Assembly: GCA_038202665.1 (NCBI GenBank)
Contig: JBBRES010000003.1
Span: forward strand, 1 to 34,700
Reading direction: 5' to 3'
Source of the DNA: Candidatus Kapaibacterium sp.
GTDB taxonomy: Bacteria; Bacteroidota; Ignavibacteria; Kapaibacteriales; Kapaibacteriaceae
DNA length: 34,700 bases
Program-made: the position numbers and the translations under genes
Part shown: positions 16,779 to 24,900 of the stretch, piece after piece
Layout: every line of letters begins with the position of its first letter
Numbering within the stretch: the first letter of the stretch is position 1
The notes under the pieces: model-generated
Database searches by the model: none
What the model saw: only the letters and a program-made list of their open reading frames with translations
Told to the model about the DNA's origin: nothing

Positions 16779-18821
16779 TTAGCGAACAACTGTCATTGTG
16801 GTAGTTGTGCTGAATGTGTTACCGTCTACGCGAACCATGTATGCGCCGGCAGAAACCGTAGCACCAGATGCGTCGCGACCGTTCCACTCAACATTGAACA
16901 TACCATTCGACACTTGACCGTTGAATACCGTGTTCACCAACTTGCCAAAGGCATCGTAGACACGAACTGTGTATACGCCACCAACTGGTACGTTTACTGT
17001 GATCGATGCATTCGACGTCATTGGGTTTGGATACGCGACGATGTTCTCGCCAGCCTTCATTTCGATGTTTTGAATCGTTTGATTCGACTTGTTTACATCG
17101 TTGAAGCGAATGCCGCTGAATGTATAGGCGTCTTGTTCCTGGACAGTAACGTATGCAACTGGAGTTGACACGTCGAAGGAACCATTACCTGTTACAACTG
17201 CGATTGCATTGCTATTGTCGATATCAACGTTGCCATTCACAGCGCTAACTGGATTGACATTGACGATCTCGCTATTAGATACAAACTTGACTGCAAACAC
17301 ACCTTCGTGCGGATTGTTCAAGTAGACAGGAATACGTGCCAAACCATTGCCAAGCTTTACAGGAGTTCCAAATGCCACATTGTCTGCAGAGATGGGTCCA
17401 GTAGTCTTACCAAAGTCAGGTCCAGTCGTATCGTTGTCCTTGATCCATGGAAGCATTGGAAGACGACCGCTCAAGTATCGCATGATAAGAGCCGCATCAT
17501 ATTCGTTTGCTTCATAGTAGATCTGCGTCAGGTTACTGACATCTGGAGCACGACCACCTGTACCATAAAGGCCATCGCCCTCATAGTACACACGTAGTAC
17601 TTGCTTGCTCGTGAACTGATCCACATCAATCGTACGACGCCAAATAATGATGTTTGGCGGCACTGGATTCTGGCCCACGTTCGTGGAGCAGCATGTGAAA
17701 TCAGGATTCAACGTTGTGTAGTAGAAACGACCGGAGTGATTCACATCACCCTGATACGCTTGACGCTTCCATACGCTATCGAGCGGACGGTTTGTTACAA
17801 TCGAGCGCATGATTACTCGTGCATCACCCGATGTTACACGGCGGTTTTGGGGAAGGTTCTCGTGACGAGCGCCACGGGCTGCAGATGTGTCTGCATCACC
17901 ATAGCCCCACGTGTCGAACGTGAAACGAACGATACCAGAGAAGCGGATGACAGCATCCGAGCGGCCGCCAGAAGGCTGCCAGCGAGTTGTGCTGTCGGTA
18001 CGTGTGCTTGCTCCAACATTTGGAACCCACACAAGACCATTCCAGAAGTCTGCCAAGTAACCAGGGAAACCACCGTTACCCTTGATACCAACAGTTGCAC
18101 CACGTGTTACCACAGTAGTGTTGTTTGTATAAGGATTGCCAGCAATTTGACCATAAGCGAATTCAATATCGCCTTGGAAATTGTTGTCCGCACTTGTCTC
18201 ATAGAGACGAGCTTGGAAATTGCCAACGCTTGAATTCACAGTTTGATCGTTGATGTTTAGGTTCTTCCACTGAATAACGATACAGCGGCGAACCGGCTTG
18301 ATAGTATCACAGTTCTCATCGCGATCAACATCATACACCCATGAGATCTCGGCAGGCATGTAACCTGCATTGATGTCTCCTGCTGTACGCAGACGGTGAT
18401 CACCCCAAAACGGAGCGATTACGTTATCTGGATACGAAGCTGAGTTGATGAAGAGACCATTTGGTTGTTTCGCAGGAACAAGTTTCGTGCCTTCAAAGGT
18501 CGCGAAGCCGTTAATGCTTACATAGAGTCCAAATCGCTCTGCATTGTTGAAGTTGAATCGGAAACCTGATGGGAATGGCAGATATTGATAACCGTCATCA
18601 AGATCTACAACGTTTGTTGGCGGCAGCGTGAAGCTACCTGGTGCCAAAAGGATTTTGTTCGTTCGCGAAATAGGGCACGCATCGATATCACGATACGGGC
18701 GACCTACGACGAGTGTTGGCTGGCGAAACTGGTTCGTGATCGTTTGCGCCATGCCATCCACGCCGCCTATCGCGAGAGAACAGAGTACGAGTGCCGAAGC
18801 AATCAATACCTGTCTTTTCAT
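16779..18821 (-). CDS. T9SS-secreted protein: NIDO-like + dockerin-like + cohesin-like + FlgD-Ig-type CTD
   Basis: GGAG RBS before ATG 18821 (MKRQVLIA). DDG...YVSINGFATF...IAPFWGD...VIQW...FQARL (NIDO-like). GDAD...VTSGDARVIMRSIV and GDVNHSG...ANEYDAALIMRYLSG (dockerin repeats). CTD AYPNP...VYDAFGKLV...WNGRDASG...SAGAYMVR. Confidence 0.85.
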   Translation of the reverse strand: MKRQVLIASALVLCSLAIGGVDGMAQTITNQFRQPTLVVGRPYRDIDACPISRTNKILLAPGSFTLPPTNVVDLDDGYQYLPFPSGFRFNFNNAERFGLYVSINGFATFEGTKLVPAKQPNGLFINSASYPDNVIAPFWGDHRLRTAGDINAGYMPAEISWVYDVDRDENCDTIKPVRRCIVIQWKNLNINDQTVNSSVGNFQARLYETSADNNFQGDIEFAYGQIAGNPYTNNTTVVTRGATVGIKGNGGFPGYLADFWNGLVWVPNVGASTRTDSTTRWQPSGGRSDAVIRFSGIVRFTFDTWGYGDADTSAARGARHENLPQNRRVTSGDARVIMRSIVTNRPLDSVWKRQAYQGDVNHSGRFYYTTLNPDFTCCSTNVGQNPVPPNIIIWRRTIDVDQFTSKQVLRVYYEGDGLYGTGGRAPDVSNLTQIYYEANEYDAALIMRYLSGRLPMLPWIKDNDTTGPDFGKTTGPISADNVAFGTPVKLGNGLARIPVYLNNPHEGVFAVKFVSNSEIVNVNPVSAVNGNVDIDNSNAIAVVTGNGSFDVSTPVAYVTVQEQDAYTFSGIRFNDVNKSNQTIQNIEMKAGENIVAYPNPMTSNASITVNVPVGGVYTVRVYDAFGKLVNTVFNGQVSNGMFNVEWNGRDASGATVSAGAYMVRVDGNTFSTTTTMTVVR

Positions 18822-18865
18822 AAGGACTCCAAGGTTACAAGACATTGTTTTCGATGGCGAAGAGA

Positions 18866-18894
18866 TGGGTCGGTGTGAACTTCACACCGACCCA
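18866..18894. repeat. Perfect 14-bp inverted repeat (intergenic stem-loop without U-tract)
   Basis: TGGGTCGGTGTGAA-C-TTCACACCGACCCA, starting 8 nt after the stop of the giant gene. It is followed on the minus strand by TCTCTTCG, not poly-T. Confidence 0.85.
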
Positions 18895-18902
18895 ACTTCA
18901 TG

Positions 18903-21900
18903 TTAGCGGACAAGTACGATCTGTTGTGTGACGGAGCGAGTACCATCGCTGATGCGGCAGGTGTAAACACCATTTGCAAGAGCAAGGCCATTCGATGATC
19001 CGTTCCATTCGACCATGTGACGACCAGCATCAAAGGTGCTCTTTGCAAGCGTTACAACCTTTGTACCAATTGCATCATAGATCTCTACAGACACCAATTG
19101 TGAAACCGGTGTGCTGAACGTGATCATCGTAGACTCACTGAATGGATTCGGAGCTGCCGATGTGATCGCGAGATCAGCAAGTGGAGCCTCTGTTTCATTC
19201 ACTGCAGTTGTAAAGTCATACACGATGATGAAGCCCTTGAGAGCATCGCGACTGATGACGAGCGTGTCACAGCTACCATCGGTCCTGTGACCAATGTCGG
19301 CTGCTGAGCGACCATTACCTGTCTTCATGTTATAGCTGAACAGTGCGCCATTGCTGATGTCGTCGCGGATGTAGTACGAACCTGGGTTCTGTGCATCCAC
19401 TGCTGGAATAGCAGAACGACACCATGAAACTCGAACTGGATATGTCGCAGAACTCTGTCCAGTTTCACCACCACCTTGGAAGCGAGCACGATAGATCGCT
19501 TCGCCGGCTGTGTTGCTATAAGGATAGATGTTGCGAAGAACACCATTGCGATTCGGTATCGTCCAACGAGCGTCAAAGACGTCAAGGTACGGTACTGGTG
19601 GCAATTCGTATTCACAGTAGTTCGAATCAAGTTGACCGAAGGATCCATTTTCATCACCGCGAGTTGCTGTCTCTGTTCCGCCAACACCGAAGACAAGGAC
19701 TTGGAATGCACCAAGGTTGTTCTCGACGCGAACTGGAGCAGTGAAGCGTGTAGTTGCAGACACAGAAACTGCGTAGGACAATGTGTCCTTTGCACCCGAT
19801 GCATCTTCAACCACGATTCGGATAATAACACGACCATTAACTGGTGTAGCTACCATCTTGTCTGTTGAGATAACAACAAGCTGTGTATCTGCAATTGGGC
19901 TCTTCAGTTGGTTTGGCGTTACTGTCCATGTGCCCTCTGTTGGCTCAAGTACAGTGAACGTCAATGTTTCGTTACCAGATTGCTTACGAAGAAGATCAAG
20001 GTCTGCCACACGGATGGTATCCGAATATGCCTGGTCTTTATCAACGCAACGAATAATCGGCGAAGAGAAGAGACGTGGATTGTGGTTGTGATACCTGATG
20101 GTCATCGGGAGCGTCTTGATTGCACGCAAACCACCGCGGTCTGTAACAAGTACTGTTACATTGATCGATGTGTCTGTGCGAGGAAGATCTGTAACGCGTG
20201 GTGTACCGTACAGCAAACCACTAACGCGATCGATCTTCAACCAAGCTGGAGTTGTCTTGCGTGTAGAATCAAGTGCGATCGAACCTGCCTCAGAGAAGTA
20301 GGGATCGACGGCAATTGTTGTACGTGTTTCGTTTGTGTAAATCAGTTCGTAATCCTGTGCCTGTCCGAAGTTCGGGTCATAGACCTTGATACGGCGGCTA
20401 GAATCAAGAAGTTGAATGTTGTAGTCTTCATCCTCGAGTGCGTCTGGAAGTGATTCCGTAACAATCGTAGGTTGAACATTCACGAATACACGACGTGTCA
20501 TGTAGTTGAGACCACCGTGACCATCATTGACGACAAGTGTGACGAGTGAGTCAACATTAAGAGCGCCGTTCACTTGACCGATTGGCGTCAGGATCTGACG
20601 TGCTTCGTCGGCAGCGATACGTACGTTCATGCGACCCATTGATGTAAAGTCTGCTGCCACTGGATCGGCAACACTGCTTGCATTGTACTTGCGCAAGTAA
20701 CGGCTGGCCATCCAAATTGGACGTGCCTGGAGTACTTCATCAAGTGTTGTATCACCTGGTGCTTGGCGGATAGCAGTCGACATAAAGCCGTATGCCGTCT
20801 TACCATATCGGAAGTCCCATGGGCCGAACTTCTGAACGATTGCCCGGTTGTTGTCAACTGCTGCATTGTCTTCGAACTCATCATCTGTATTCACGTCAAG
20901 CATGAATCGAAGTGAATCCGTGAGATTGGCAACGAACTGAACATTCAGATCATCCGGCTGCTGTGTTGGTGTGGCTGCTGGATCATTGTAGCGCTCATCG
21001 ATGATGGCGTTAGGAGCAATGAGGAAGCGACCAACACGGGAAACCGTTGGTGTCATACGAAGTGTGTCAATCCAAACACCGTTCTTGAACGAGTTTGTGT
21101 CTGTTGTCGTTGGATCGAGAACGATCGTTACGTCACCAGTGAGCATGCTTGTGTATTGCTGTCCACCCGTTGTTGGCTTGTAGGCCCAAACAAAGCGTGG
21201 CATGCTGTCTACAACATGAATGTGGAAGCGGTATGACACAGTGTCCATCCAAGCAAAGTCAACTGTATCCTGCTGCAAGTAGCGAGCATTCGTATTGGAC
21301 TGATTGCGTTGATCAAGTGGAATCGAGTTGTTGTCGTATGCTTCAGCATGGAAGTAGCTCGGATAGAGATACATCCAACGGCTAATCACATCTTCAGAAA
21401 TACCGGATGCACGAAGACTGTCGACGATCTCGATTGATGGTGGGAAGTTCTTCGCTACTACGCGAACTTCTTCGCCACCTGGAACGATGTACGGGTTGAT
21501 AGGACGACCACGAAGCATACGATAGCCTGTAGCTCCCCACTTCGTGCCGTTCACTCCAGAAGCATTACCTGCTGTTACCAGCGTGTCACGCAACCAGTAC
21601 TTCAATGCTGAGTTCTGATCTGTGATGCTCCAATCATAGGAGAGATACGAACCGAAGGTTGAATCCATGACTGAACGTGGATCATAGAAGCGGTTCACGT
21701 CAACGGCTGTGATCGTAAAGATCGAGTCGCGCTCTGTGTAATCAAGTGCAGCAATCGGAGTACCCGTAGAATCTGCAGGGTATGATGCTGGCTCGAAGAA
21801 CCACTTACCGTCATTCTTTGGTGTGTAGAGACGATTCTCCGTAACAAACACGCGATTGCGCATTTCAGGAATCGTCAGGTTTCGCAACGTGTCTGCAGAT

Positions 21901-24900
21901 CCCGTAAAGACAGGAGGTGTTGTCGTGTTACCAACCGTGAAGGTCAAACCACCATCAAGTGCTGGTACAACACCAGCGCGCCATAGAACAGTACGCGAGA
22001 TAACCGATACTTGGTCACCTGCAATTACTGGAAGTGCGCGGTAGCGCTCACCACCAAAGTACGTTTCCTTGCTGCCATCTGAACCTGTGTTCGAGAATGG
22101 AAGACCCGGGCGATTACCAAGGCGGAAGCCTGCACCACCAAGTTCACCAGCTACGACTGAACCATCCCAACGGCGACCTGCAAGTGCTGCTGAATCTTCA
22201 GCTGCAGCATTGCGTGCGATACGCTGAAGAAGCGTAGCGCCAGTACCATAACTGGACAGGTTCTCATAGGAACGGCGAATGTTTGGATCACCACCATTTG
22301 TGGAATCTGGCACAAGTTCTACACGTGCACGGAAGACCGTGTCTGTGAGTGTCTTCTGCATCATGTTTACGCGGATGTAGTCACCCGTGCGCTGATTGAT
22401 CACGAAGAATACTGTCTCGTTGATCGCACGGCGGTCATTGTTGCTGATTTCAGCTGTTTGACCGTAGTCTGCACGAGTTTCCAAGAACAGTGGGTATCCA
22501 ATTGGATGATCACCAATGAACTCTGTCTGAACCTTTGCGATGTATGGATACATCTCCGCATCGAATGGATTGCGCGTTGTGCGCTTTACATACTTGAGGT
22601 ACGAAGGTTGTGTAGAGTCCATGTATGCACGAAGCACAGGTGGAATACCTACTGCAAAGTCTTCGATTGGCGACATACGACGACGTGAGTAGTCTGCCGT
22701 CTTGATGTCTGTTCCCTTATCGAAGATATCGTAGATACGACCTTCCATCAAGAGCGTGTCAGGGAAGGAATAGATCGGGATTGCCTTGTACTGATAGTAC
22801 CAGGTTGACTCGAAAGGACCTTGCTCTGTTGGATTGTTCGTTGCAGTACGCATGAAACGCATGTGCGTCTTACCGTTACCTGCAATGAAGAAGCTCTCTT
22901 GAATACGTTGGAACGTATTGTTCGCGGAAATCGGAAGGATCGTCTGAACGTTCGCTTCCGTGCGACCCCAGTAGTTGCCACGAAGCGTGTCAACACCACC
23001 GAAGCCTACGCCCGTTGTACCTGCAAGAACACCCTTGGTGTCGTATGCATCTGGCAAACGGATGATGAAGCGTGCGTCATTGTCGTAGATCGAATTTGAA
23101 GCTGTGCTGAATGTAGACCATGGGAGTGGACCCGTGATTTCACCATAAAGAACTGCACCAGCAAGGTCGCTCGAAACAATGTTCTCGCTATTTACAAGTG
23201 GTCCAGTTACGGTGTCTACATTACGACCGATTGGCGATGTGGCACGGTTGCCCGTTACCAAACAACGCTGAAGGGCGATCTTAAGATCATAGTTATCGGA
23301 GTAGATGGCAGCACCACTATACGCAGAATTGTTCTGCATACGAACGCGATCCATCCAAACCGTATCTACACGAATACGAACAGAGTCCAAAATGTAAATC
23401 GCTCCACCAAGTCCCGTTCCATTCTCACGAATGGTCGTTCCTGGATGAAGAAGATTACCGTTTGCACCCTTTTGCGTTGTTCCATTACCTTGACGTGCAG
23501 GGTTTGGATACGCCATGTTGTCATAGAAGCGTGTAAGCATGCGCTCATCAGCTTTTGGTCCAGCAACGAGCCCTGTAAAGACAGCGTCATTTACTGTGTA
23601 GTCTACAACAACACCCGTTGCGTCGATGATTGGTGTTGCAAGGTCTGTGAAGAAGAAGCGCTTGCGAAGAAATGCATCCGGTGTAACCATGGCAATAGCG
23701 CCACCATTACCGTTGTATGACTTGTTCGAGCGGAATTCTACACCCTTGACCATGTTCAGATCTGCATTTACCGTGTACAATCCACCACCACCACGTACAT
23801 ATGGCTTCATCGAATCAGCAATGTTTCCAGTGCTGTTCGTGATGAAGTGTGCACGTACGAAGCGCATCGAACGACGGCTTAGGGAAAGATTCAGCGGAAG
23901 TGCAACCGCAATCGCACCACCAGAATAACCCGATGTATTGCTTGAGAACTCGACACCGTAGTTTGTACCGTAGACCCACAAAGGACCTGCTGCACCACCG
24001 GCGCCATAGACCATCGGATTACGTGCAGCGTAGATGGCTCCACCTTCCGTAATGGCCTTGTTCATTTGGAACTTGATGTTGAAGCCGTAGTTACGAGCAA
24101 CAATCACGCCGTCCGAGCCACCAATCCATGGGGATGGAAGGATGTCTGTGGATGCTTCGACATAAACAGCACCACCACGACCCGACTCGTTAGCCGAGAA
24201 GAGCGTTGATGGATTGTTGTCGAGACCACCGCGGATCTGCAATTGACCAGCCGTAGCACTCGTATAGATGGCTCCACCTTGTGAGTAGTTGCCAACAAAT
24301 TCTGTCGGTGTTGTGATGTTCGTGTTCGAGATGTACGGTGTTACCGTCTTGTTCGACGTGTAGCGACCAGCAACGATCAAGTGCGTGCCTGTACCATCAA
24401 GGTAAAGAGCACCACCACGAGCACCATTTGAACGGATACCGTTCAACAATTCGGTTGACTGGCGGTTCTCGGCGTAGTTGCCTGTGAACTCAACCGTGTC
24501 TTTACCTTGGAAGTCGTTGATACCAAGACCAACAATCATCGTTGAGCGACCCGAAATGTACAAGGCGCCACCAAATGCATCGTTCTTCTTTGAACGATCT
24601 TCGAATGGACGCGTAGACGCGCGTGTTGCAACATCTGTCACAACGCGAATATTGCCGATACGAACCGTGTCCACATTTGCCAACAACACGCGGTTGCTGA
24701 TAAAGCGGATTTGGCGAATACGACCAAGGTACATTGCCAAACGTGCATCGTCAAGTGACTGGCGCTCTGTATCCGTGAAGGATGGTTCCGCTGCACTCGA
24801 GAACAAGTTGTCGATCGAAGGAATGTTTTGCTGAATTGGCTGGGCATTCACGACACTCGTAATGTACGGGTTCGTTTGCGCAGCGTACGGCTGAAGATTT

